40,955 bases of DNA from a virus: the UHGV virus genome UHGV-0384352; one strand, given 5' to 3'. Position 1 is the stretch's first letter. Every line of letters starts with the position of its first letter. The notes under the pieces were generated by a model. That model had not been told where the DNA came from. It saw only the letters and a program-made list of their open reading frames with translations, and did no database searches. Positions 33,759-40,955 of this stretch are shown one piece after another. Both the position numbers and the translations under genes were made by a program.

Positions 33759-35064
33759 CTTTTATCCTCCTTATCCTTGCCTTAAGGGACTCCATTACCC
33801 AATTCTGTACATCATCTTTGCGCTGCAGAGCCTGCATCACATCCTCATCCCGTGTCCCGCTGCACACCAGATGGTGGATGATGACCTTCTCCTGCTGTCC
33901 CTGGCGGTGCAGGCGCTTATTGGCCTGGGTGTATAACTCATAGTTCCATGTAAGGCCGAACCAGATGACGTGATTCCCACCCTGCTGCAGGTTCAGTCCG
34001 TAGGCGCTGCTGGCCGGATGGGTCAGAAGCACATCTATCTCTCTGGCATTCCAGTCATCCTCATCCTGTGGCGTCTTAAGCTCCCTCACCCTCAATCCGG
34101 TTTTCTCCAGGGCCTTAAGGATTCTCGACCGGTCGTGCTGGTAGTTGTAGAACACAAGTGCCGGCTTCCCCTGAAGGGATTCCATCAGCTCCATAAACGC
34201 CTCCAATTTGCAGTCATGGACCTCATGGACCTGCCTGTCCTCGTCGTAAATAGCCCCGTTGGCCAGCTGCAGCAGCTTATTACTCAGGGCCGCCGCACTG
34301 GTTACACTAATGTCCTCTCCATCCTCTGGCAGCTGCAGAACCATCTCACGCTCCAGCTCACAGTATGCTTTGAGAGCCTTTGCGTCCAGCTCCACCGGTA
34401 TCTCATGGTACGTGATATCCGGAAGCTGCAGGTAATCCTCCGCCTTCATGCTGATGCAGATATCGGATATCTTCTCCAGAATACCTTCCTCACTCCCGGG
34501 CTTAGCCTCGTAACTGTACACCATGCCGTCTGCTCCGCGCTTATCCGGCTGGAAATACCGTTCCCTGAAATGGGTGTACCGTTTCCCCAGACGCTCGCCG
34601 CCGTCCAGCAGGAATACCTGGGCCCACAGGTCGTTCAGACCATTGGGGGATGGGGTTCCCGTCAGCTCTACCATTCTGTCGATGCGCTCTCCCACACTGG
34701 CTAACGCCTTGAAGCGTTTAGCGCTGTGGCTCTTAAAACTGCTGCTCTCATCCACCACCACCATGTCAAAAGGCCAGGCGTTCCGGTAATAATCCACCAG
34801 CCACACCACATTTTCGCGGTTGGTGATGTAGATGTCGGCCGGCGTGTTCAGCGCCTTCACCCGCTTGGACTGGCTCCCCAGTACCGGGGACACCCGCAGT
34901 ATTTTTGTGTGGTCCCACTTGGCGGCCTCTCTTGTCCAGGTTCCCTCCGCCACCTTTTTTGGGGCAATCACCAGGACGCGCCGTACTTGGAACCGGTTAT
35001 ACTTAAGTTCCTTGATGGCCGTCAGCGTGGTGACCGTCTTGCCAAGGCCCTTAACCCATATCAA
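33748..35064 (-). CDS. SNF2-family helicase (main body, begins at Walker A GLGKT)
   Basis: The motifs GLGKT, DESS (DEAD/H-like) and a C-terminal helicase domain QGQQEKVIIHHL are present. The N-terminus is in another frame (see next entry). Confidence 0.7.
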   Translation of the reverse strand: MIWVKGLGKTVTTLTAIKELKYNRFQVRRVLVIAPKKVAEGTWTREAAKWDHTKILRVSPVLGSQSKRVKALNTPADIYITNRENVVWLVDYYRNAWPFDMVVVDESSSFKSHSAKRFKALASVGERIDRMVELTGTPSPNGLNDLWAQVFLLDGGERLGKRYTHFRERYFQPDKRGADGMVYSYEAKPGSEEGILEKISDICISMKAEDYLQLPDITYHEIPVELDAKALKAYCELEREMVLQLPEDGEDISVTSAAALSNKLLQLANGAIYDEDRQVHEVHDCKLEAFMELMESLQGKPALVFYNYQHDRSRILKALEKTGLRVRELKTPQDEDDWNAREIDVLLTHPASSAYGLNLQQGGNHVIWFGLTWNYELYTQANKRLHRQGQQEKVIIHHLVCSGTRDEDVMQALQRKDDVQNWVMESLKARIRRIKDGN

Positions 35065-35140
35065 GCCAGAGACCCAGCTTTTTTATTTCGATAATCCGGT
35101 TGATACAGTGTAACTGGTAGTCATGTGGTTTGAATATCAT
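35051..35140 (-). pseudogene. Out-of-frame N-terminal fragment of the SNF2 helicase (MIFKPHDYQLHCINRIIEIKKLGLWLDMG*)
   Basis: ATG overlaps the HNH TGA (ATGA). The KPHDYQ and LWLDMG segments are SNF2 N-terminal motifs. TAA falls 4 codons before the downstream frame reads LGKT. Removing 7 nt (TTAAGGG), or a 1-nt indel, restores a contiguous DMG..LGKT reading. Confidence 0.5.
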
Positions 35141-35607
35141 AGGGCATCACCTCCTTTATGTTCCTTGTGCCATCTGGCGTGTTCAGCCTGACTCTGAAAC
35201 ACCATCAGGTTATCCGGCCTGTTATTTCGTTTATTTCCATCAATGTGGTGGACTATTTCACCGGGTAATAGTTCTCTGCCCAATGTTCTAGCGGCTACAA
35301 TACGGTGCGTATGAATTCCAAAAGACTTGGTATAGGTCTTTCCTTTTCCAGTTCCTCTGTGCGCCATACTCAATTTAACCCTTGTAGGAAATGTCATTCT
35401 GGCCGGGTTAAGTTTTTGGTTAAGTTCCGTCATGTGCCTGGACATTCCTGTATAGTCTTTCAAATTCTGGTATCCATTCGGATTCTTTGCTTTACTTGAA
35501 TAGTTCGCAAGGCATTTTCGGCAACAAAAATTTCTTGGTTTAACTTTGCATGGATATGTCTGTATCTTCTTCCCGCACCATGCACATACAGTTTCTACCA
35601 TCCCCAT
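35137..35607 (-). CDS. HNH endonuclease
   Basis: An N-terminal zinc ribbon CAWCGK...CCRKC is followed by HHIDGNKRNNRPDNLMVFQSQAEHARWH. Confidence 0.8.
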   Translation of the reverse strand: MGMVETVCAWCGKKIQTYPCKVKPRNFCCRKCLANYSSKAKNPNGYQNLKDYTGMSRHMTELNQKLNPARMTFPTRVKLSMAHRGTGKGKTYTKSFGIHTHRIVAARTLGRELLPGEIVHHIDGNKRNNRPDNLMVFQSQAEHARWHKEHKGGDAL

Positions 35608-35628
35608 CCTCCTTCACGTCCTTTGTGG

Positions 35629-35955
35629 TCAATCCCCATCTGCCTCCGCCTCCTTTTCAAACCGTCTTAACTTCAATCCGGTTCCGCAGTCCTCCAGGAA
35701 CTGCTCCACCTCCTGGATTCCTCTCAGCACCCTTACGTCCTGCCCCATGTCCTGAAGGCGCCTGAGCTGCGCGGTTTGCAATACGCTCAGCTTCCCATTC
35801 TCAGCCTTTAGCTCCACGAATACCGGCGGCCTGTCCGGGAATACCACAATCCGGTCTGGCACCCCACCGTTACCAGGGCTTACCCACTTATAGGCCCGGC
35901 CTCCCAATTTCCTTACCTCCCCCACCAGGACCTTCTCAATATCTCTTTCCAACAT
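35629..35955 (-). CDS. VRR-NUC domain nuclease
   Basis: GGAGGT RBS is present. The VRR-NUC core PDRIVVFPDRPPVFVELKAENGKLSVLQ contains the characteristic ELK. Confidence 0.75.
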   Translation of the reverse strand: MLERDIEKVLVGEVRKLGGRAYKWVSPGNGGVPDRIVVFPDRPPVFVELKAENGKLSVLQTAQLRRLQDMGQDVRVLRGIQEVEQFLEDCGTGLKLRRFEKEAEADGD

Positions 35956-35957
35956 TG

Positions 35958-36167
35958 TCATACCTCCAAATACCAAAAGTGGTTTGGCGTAGGGCCGTCC
36001 TCATCAAATTGGTGGAATGTTTTAACCCCCAGTTCTTTCCGGGCGGCTTTCAATTCTGACCTTTTAAAACCTTGCTTTTTCGCCGCCTCCCTTACGTCAT
36101 CACACAAATGACACTCCCTATCTTTTAATAAATTTTCCAGCCAGCCCCTGCAATCAATAGTCTCCAT
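35958..36167 (-). CDS. Hypothetical small protein (69 aa)
   Basis: A track ORF, ATGA-coupled to VRR-NUC. Confidence 0.4.
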   Translation of the reverse strand: METIDCRGWLENLLKDRECHLCDDVREAAKKQGFKRSELKAARKELGVKTFHQFDEDGPTPNHFWYLEV

Positions 36168-36169
36168 GC

Positions 36170-36420
36170 TACAAACATCCTCCTATATCGCGTATTGTGT
36201 GTATATCAGGTGTGTTAGGTGTTATGTGTGTATATCTATTCTATCTATTTTTATACTTATATAGATAATTGGTAGTCATAGTAGTTAGATACTAGAAAAC
36301 CTTGTATTTTCAATACTTTTCTTGCCTACGATATCTAGCTACTATATTGCCTACTTACTACTTACCACATGACTACCAACTACTTTCTAACTATTTTCAA
36401 ACTACTACATTCAGTAGCCA
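36170..36420. repeat. Repeat-rich non-coding block (GTGTGTATATC x2; ~9 ACTAC/GTAGT iterons), candidate origin of replication
   Basis: The stretch ctacttactacttaccacatgactaccaactactttctaactattttcaaactactac is directly visible. The block is AT-rich and lies at the 3' end of the primase gene. Confidence 0.45.
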
Positions 36421-38818
36421 TGCGCTCAAAACCTTTTTGGTTTCCATAGGATCCGAATCTTCTAGGAGTTTTTATCCTCTTCCATCCTTTAGTACTTAGC
36501 AGGATATTGTTGATTTCAGTGCTGTCACTGCGCTTCATGTACCGCTTTTCACCTCCATAACACTCCTCCCAAATCTCTACTGCACACACTTTATTTCTCT
36601 TAACGAGCTCCACGCTCTCATCGTGTTGGAGGAATCCGTTTAAAAACTGTCTCCTCTGACCGATAGATAGCTGGTCCCAGTTTGAAGGTATTGGCTTCTC
36701 CAGGAAATCCTGTATGATTCCCTCTTTCCCTGACAGCTCCCTGTGGCTCTCCTGCTGCTCCATGGCCGCGGCCTCTATCTCTTTAGACAGATACAACTGT
36801 TCCCCCATGGCCCAGTACATGTATGCCTCAGCCCATATTTGGTCCACCTCACCGGGCATATCCGTCCAGATGGATTTCTGCGCCGGATACAGGCCTACAT
36901 CTACCGGCCAGAACCGGCGATTACCCGTTGCATCCTTCAGAAACTCATTGTCGTTGCTGGTCCCGAAGAACACACAGCGCCTCGGATGTTTCTCTGTCTG
37001 CCTGCCATAGGCCGCTCTGTAGATATCGAAACATTTGCTTAAAAACTGTTTGATGGCGGACGTCTCCTGTTTCGTAAAAGCCGTAAGCTCTCCCACCTCA
37101 TTAATCCACGTTCCCTGAATCAGCTCCGCGGCGTCCTTACCCTCAAATGATGTCAGGCTGTCTGAAAACCATGTCTTCCCCAGATTGCCCAGAAACGTAC
37201 TCTTTCCGATTCCCTGCGGTCCTGTAATGATGGGCATGTTATCATATTTCACACCGCCCACCACGGCCCTTGCCACGGCCGCGCACAGAGACTTACGCAT
37301 GACTGCCCTTGTATAAGGCGTGTCATCGGCTCCCAGGTAGACACTTAACAGGGTATCCACCCGTTTTACGCCGTCCCACGTAAGGCCCTGAAGGTACTGC
37401 TTGACTTCGTTGATCTTGTTCTGCTCTCCCACAATCGCCAGGGCATCCGTCATGTTGTTGCGGGCCGTAATGCCATAGTATGTTTCCATGTACCAGTAGA
37501 AACCCGAAATGTCCGTATCAGTCCATAACCGTTTCTCTGATTCCTTGTTCCATGGCACGGCGCCTAAGACCAGCCCCCTGCCCGCAAACTCGTCGGTCAC
37601 AATCTTTCCCTTGAGCAAAGGGTCATTCTGAAGCACCAGGATGATGTTGTTCACCGTCTTCTTATAATTCCCGTTCCCGTCCACTGCTAGTTGTCCCAGC
37701 CAGTCCAAATTTTCAGGTTCCGTCACCGTGGTTCCTTCAGCGGAAGCGAACGCCGTCACAGCCGCGTCATGTTTCTCCCGCGCTATCCGGTCAGCCACCG
37801 CCTTGTCAGCTAGTGCAAGCTTACTCATGGCCACGAAGGATGGCAGCTTGTTGACCGGTGTTCCGTCTTTGGCTGCGGCATCCTTATCACCGTACATGTG
37901 CAGCCGGACCAGGTCGAACGAGTTGACCAGCTGGCCGCAGCAGGGGTCGTGGGAGTGATGGGAATACAGGAACAGGCCGCCGTCATATACGATGGCGCCG
38001 CCGGTTGTCTCGCCTCCGGTGTAGGTGTAGCGCCCCGTTGTGGCCGTCTCATCATACATCCCCGGTATGAACCGCTCCATTGCCTCCACGATGCCGTACG
38101 TTCGGCAGAATGCGCCTATGATACCCCGTTTTGCCGTGGGGTCCTCCTGCTTGGCCAGCCTGCGCCGCTCCATTGCCTCCGCTCCTGGCACCTGGGGCCA
38201 CTGGGTGACGTCCTTCCAGTCCCCGTACATCCCCAGCAGCCCGTCCAGGCTGCAGAACGGCTTGTCATATACCTGGTATACATACTGGCTGTCGCTGCAG
38301 CAGCTTGGCCAGTACATGAGCCTGTGAGGTTCAAACGTGGTCGGGTCACAAAATTCAATCCCCAAAAGAGACGCCAGTTTCCTGGCCGCCGGCTCATACT
38401 CGTCTGCCGTTGCCGTCCGGTCCACCGGTACGATGACACGCAGCCGCGGCGCATACCCGCTGTGTTTCCGGGTGCTGTACACGGCCGCGGCGCACCCCAG
38501 TCCGCCCACACGCCTCAGGATGTCATCCGTCTGCCCCGCGGGTATATTGTCCAGGTCCAGTGTGAGCAGGTCCCTGCCCTCCACGTGGTCCTGCTTCCTG
38601 CGGTTCCCCTTCAGGGTGCCGCCTACGAATCCGCCTATGTCCTTAAGTTCATCCTGCTGCGCCTTTGGGAAAGCAAGGTACTGCTCCAGCGTCTCGTCTC
38701 CCCTTACCGGGGTGCTGAGCTTCTCTGTGAATTCGGACCACATCATGGTGCTTCCCGGCCACTGTATCGCCTTCCGGCTTCCTGCTGTGCTGATATGCAG
38801 CATTCTGTTATTCTGCAC
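36380..38818 (-). CDS. Primase / VirE-family P-loop replication protein
   Basis: 812 aa. The N-terminus has a primase-like domain. The C-terminus carries PIITGPQGIGKSTFL (Walker A) and is VirE-like. The gene lies next to PolA. Confidence 0.75.
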   Translation of the reverse strand: MQNNRMLHISTAGSRKAIQWPGSTMMWSEFTEKLSTPVRGDETLEQYLAFPKAQQDELKDIGGFVGGTLKGNRRKQDHVEGRDLLTLDLDNIPAGQTDDILRRVGGLGCAAAVYSTRKHSGYAPRLRVIVPVDRTATADEYEPAARKLASLLGIEFCDPTTFEPHRLMYWPSCCSDSQYVYQVYDKPFCSLDGLLGMYGDWKDVTQWPQVPGAEAMERRRLAKQEDPTAKRGIIGAFCRTYGIVEAMERFIPGMYDETATTGRYTYTGGETTGGAIVYDGGLFLYSHHSHDPCCGQLVNSFDLVRLHMYGDKDAAAKDGTPVNKLPSFVAMSKLALADKAVADRIAREKHDAAVTAFASAEGTTVTEPENLDWLGQLAVDGNGNYKKTVNNIILVLQNDPLLKGKIVTDEFAGRGLVLGAVPWNKESEKRLWTDTDISGFYWYMETYYGITARNNMTDALAIVGEQNKINEVKQYLQGLTWDGVKRVDTLLSVYLGADDTPYTRAVMRKSLCAAVARAVVGGVKYDNMPIITGPQGIGKSTFLGNLGKTWFSDSLTSFEGKDAAELIQGTWINEVGELTAFTKQETSAIKQFLSKCFDIYRAAYGRQTEKHPRRCVFFGTSNDNEFLKDATGNRRFWPVDVGLYPAQKSIWTDMPGEVDQIWAEAYMYWAMGEQLYLSKEIEAAAMEQQESHRELSGKEGIIQDFLEKPIPSNWDQLSIGQRRQFLNGFLQHDESVELVKRNKVCAVEIWEECYGGEKRYMKRSDSTEINNILLSTKGWKRIKTPRRFGSYGNQKGFERMATECSSLKIVRK

Positions 38819-38829
38819 CTTGTTCCCTC

Positions 38830-40836
38830 CTAGTCCTTCATGTAGTAGTCGCTCTCAAACCCGGCTCCCTTAAGTACCAGCCCCGGGGCCCAGGGTATCG
38901 GTTCGGCCATCAGGCCGCATATTTCGTCCACCGTTGTTTCCATAGGCGCGTCAATGATAACCTCGTCATGCACATGGAACACCACTTGCAGGCCTCTGGC
39001 CGCAATTCGTTCCAGTGTCACGGCCAGGCAGTCTCTGGCGATAGCCTGGACGATGTTCTCGGTCATCTTGCCTCCATAGGTCGATGTGACCCCCCACTTC
39101 CGCGTCTGCTGGCCCACCGTGTGGTAATGGATGGCAGTTTTTTCGAATTGGTTTTCCTTTAGAAATGGCCGGCAATAGTACAGCTTCCGTCCACTTGGTA
39201 ATCGCACAGTAAGGAAAGACTGGCCGTAAATGAGGTCCCCCTCCAATGCGAATATAAGTCCGTTGATACCCTGCGGCTGCGCCGTCTCCATGACGGTGAG
39301 GGCCGCGTTCTCCACGGCATACCACAGGCCACATATCTGCCGGTTCGCCTGGCGCCACCGCTGCACAATGTCCGGCAGTTCCTCCTCGGTAAGGCCCTGT
39401 TTCAGGGCCCCCATGGCAATCAGAGAATTGGCGCCTCCCTGGTACCCCAGGGCCAGCGTGGCCACCTTTCCTTTCTGTCTCAGAGCATATTCCGGGTTTC
39501 CTTTCACAATCCGTTCCACCGGTACTCCGAACATCTGGGCAGCTGTGGCCTCGTAAATCTTTCCATGGGTGGCAAACACCTCGTTCACCCACTGTTCCCC
39601 AGCCAGCCAGGCAATCACGCGGGCCTCTATGGCGCTGAAATCAGCCACCACAAACTTGTGGCCTTCAGACGGAATAAAGGCTGTTCTGATAAGCTGAGAG
39701 AGCGTGTCTGGCACGTTTCCGTAGAGTAGCTTAATCCCGTCATAGTTCTTAGCCTTCACCAGCTTCCGGGCATAGTCCAAAGTCTTGATATAATTTCTGG
39801 GAAGGTTCTGCAACTGTACCAGCCGTCCGGCATATCTCCCGGTACGGTTGGCCCCGTAGTATTGTGTTAATCCGCGTACTCTGTCGCCCTCACCGCGAGC
39901 CGTGTTCATGGCCACATATTTCTTAATGGAGGTCTTACCCAGCTGTTGCCGAACTTCAAGCATCTGACAGACATCTTCCGGCAGATTCCCCTTATCCCTT
40001 AACAGGTCCTCCACCGTAGCCTTCTGTAGGTTATTCAGCAGGTCAGGGTCATCCGGATGCTCTTTAGAATGACGGTTGAGCCAAGGTACCAGCTGCTGCT
40101 GGCTGTTCGGGTTCTGCAGCCCGGTCAGGCCGATGGCCTCGTCCGTCAGCTTCTGGGTGCTGATGCCGTCTATGTACAGCGCCCCCTCAATCAGCCCTGT
40201 ATCCACCCGGACACCATAAGCATTCATGAGAACATCCATCTGCCACAGGCGTTCCTCTTCCTCTGGCATCGGGAACAGGTCCAGCCGCTTCAGTATCTCA
40301 TGTTCTGTGACTACGTCTTGTTTGCAGTATTCCTTGAACAGAGCCCATTTGTCTGCATCATGCCACGGCTGGTTCCATGTCCGCCCCCCATTGGTCCTTG
40401 TTGGCTTGCAGGGTACACAGAAATACCGTATCAGTGTCTTACCGACCGCAAGCTTCTGCTTGTCCTGCGGCAGCCCGATGGCCCTTCCCGTTGCATCCAG
40501 GCCGGCGGTGTATCCGCAGTACAGGCCGTGGGCCATGGTGCAGCGCCACTGCTGGATCGGTGTCTCATAACCGGCGCGGTTCAGGCAGTACCATTCGAAC
40601 GCCGCGTTATAAGCGTGCTTAATTACATTGGGGTCCCTCAAGGCATCTTCCCATATCTCCGGTGGGAATGATTCATCTGCCGTAAGGTCTATGACCTCCA
40701 CCGGCCCGTCGTCCCACTGGTACGCAAACAGGAGGATTTTAAAATCCGGGGACTGGGCGTATTTGTAAGCCCCGGCCTTGCTGATATCCACGCTGCTGCG
40801 TGTCTCTATGTCTATGCTGAGATGATGTTTCGCCAT
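38830..40836 (-). CDS. Family A DNA polymerase (PolA-like, 3'-5' exo + pol domains, no 5' nuclease)
   Basis: 668 aa. Exo I motif SIDIETRS; polymerase motif A DFSAIEARVIAWLAGE; motif B RQKGKVATLALGYQGG; motif C HVHDEVI. Confidence 0.9.
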   Translation of the reverse strand: MAKHHLSIDIETRSSVDISKAGAYKYAQSPDFKILLFAYQWDDGPVEVIDLTADESFPPEIWEDALRDPNVIKHAYNAAFEWYCLNRAGYETPIQQWRCTMAHGLYCGYTAGLDATGRAIGLPQDKQKLAVGKTLIRYFCVPCKPTRTNGGRTWNQPWHDADKWALFKEYCKQDVVTEHEILKRLDLFPMPEEEERLWQMDVLMNAYGVRVDTGLIEGALYIDGISTQKLTDEAIGLTGLQNPNSQQQLVPWLNRHSKEHPDDPDLLNNLQKATVEDLLRDKGNLPEDVCQMLEVRQQLGKTSIKKYVAMNTARGEGDRVRGLTQYYGANRTGRYAGRLVQLQNLPRNYIKTLDYARKLVKAKNYDGIKLLYGNVPDTLSQLIRTAFIPSEGHKFVVADFSAIEARVIAWLAGEQWVNEVFATHGKIYEATAAQMFGVPVERIVKGNPEYALRQKGKVATLALGYQGGANSLIAMGALKQGLTEEELPDIVQRWRQANRQICGLWYAVENAALTVMETAQPQGINGLIFALEGDLIYGQSFLTVRLPSGRKLYYCRPFLKENQFEKTAIHYHTVGQQTRKWGVTSTYGGKMTENIVQAIARDCLAVTLERIAARGLQVVFHVHDEVIIDAPMETTVDEICGLMAEPIPWAPGLVLKGAGFESDYYMKD

Positions 40837-40858
40837 CCGTCTTACCTCCTGTCAGGTT

Positions 40859-40878
40859 GAGGGGCCGCAGGGCCCCTC
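40859..40878. other. GC-rich hairpin GAGGGGCC-GCAG-GGCCCCTC between the DUF2815 stop and the PolA RBS
   Basis: 8-bp perfect stem with no flanking T-run. Confidence 0.3.
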
Positions 40879-40887
40879 TTGTAGTCA

Positions 40888-40955
40888 TCAATATGGCATC
40901 CCCGTGATTGGGTTGACAGCAGCAGGCGCCTGCGCCCATGGAGCTGTTTGTGGCT
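40888..40955 (-). CDS. Putative C-terminal continuation of the DUF2815 gene across the window junction (...QPQTAPWAQAPAAVNPITGMPY*)
   Basis: If position 40955 joins position 1, the reading frame is preserved: the dangling base at position 1 plus complement(40955,40954) forms CAG. The frame then continues the Pro/Ala/Gln-rich tail and reaches TGA at 40890..40888, about 50 nt upstream of the PolA RBS. Confidence 0.35.
   Translation of the reverse strand, partial: PQTAPWAQAPAAVNPITGMPY

Noticed and set aside
35051-35100. Programmed +1 ribosomal frameshift to make the SNF2 helicase
   Set aside because: There is no shift-prone codon context. The P-site GGU does not re-pair in +1, and a 7-nt or 1-nt indel restores a canonical DMGLGKT motif, so an indel or pseudogene is more parsimonious.
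40739-40939. 66-aa minus-strand ORF spanning the PolA start
   Set aside because: It overlaps the PolA start and RBS in another frame. The region is better explained by the DUF2815 C-terminal continuation plus a hairpin.

Overview
This window reads as one near-complete, probably complete, temperate siphovirus-like phage or prophage of about 41 kb from a Firmicutes (Clostridia-like, about 50% GC) host. Almost everything is coded on the minus strand.

The two ends of the window appear to be contiguous. A DUF2815 SSB-like gene starts at 616, runs off position 1, and continues in frame at 40955..40888, where it stops just upstream of the DNA polymerase gene. This suggests the sequence is a circular or circularly permuted phage genome opened inside a replication gene.

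Reading the minus strand from the right end, the layout is:
- **Replication module:** PolA-type DNA polymerase; VirE-type primase; a repeat-rich putative ori; VRR-NUC; HNH; an SNF2 helicase with a frameshifted N-terminus.
- **Small unknown genes:** including a DUF551 protein.
- **Late operon:** ArpU-like late regulator; a late promoter; a phage tRNA-Met(CAT); TerS; TerL; portal; MuF head-morphogenesis protein with a C-terminal JAB/RadC-like extension; three small genes; scaffold; major capsid; connectors; major tail; G/T chaperones; TP901-type tape measure; distal tail and tail proteins; glycine-rich fiber.
- **Morons and lysis:** a low-GC acyltransferase-3 moron; holin; NlpC/P60 plus choline-binding endolysin; a lipoprotein moron.
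- **AT-rich stretch:** a putative attP region.
- **Lysogeny module (plus strand):** integrase, ImmA-like gene and XRE repressor in an ICEBs1-like immR-immA-int arrangement. Divergent from it on the minus strand are Cro-like, antirepressor and Xis-like genes, a run of early small genes, and the DUF2800 nuclease.

The points I would look at first are:
- the MuF-JAB fusion and its downstream cassette;
- a four-copy 14-bp palindrome TTGCGAYRTCGCAA, which sits just 5' of the ribosome-binding sites of the integrase gene and two small genes and about 100 nt upstream of the lysin start;
- the wrap-around DUF2815 gene.

Coordinates are hand-derived and may be off by 1 to 3 nt.
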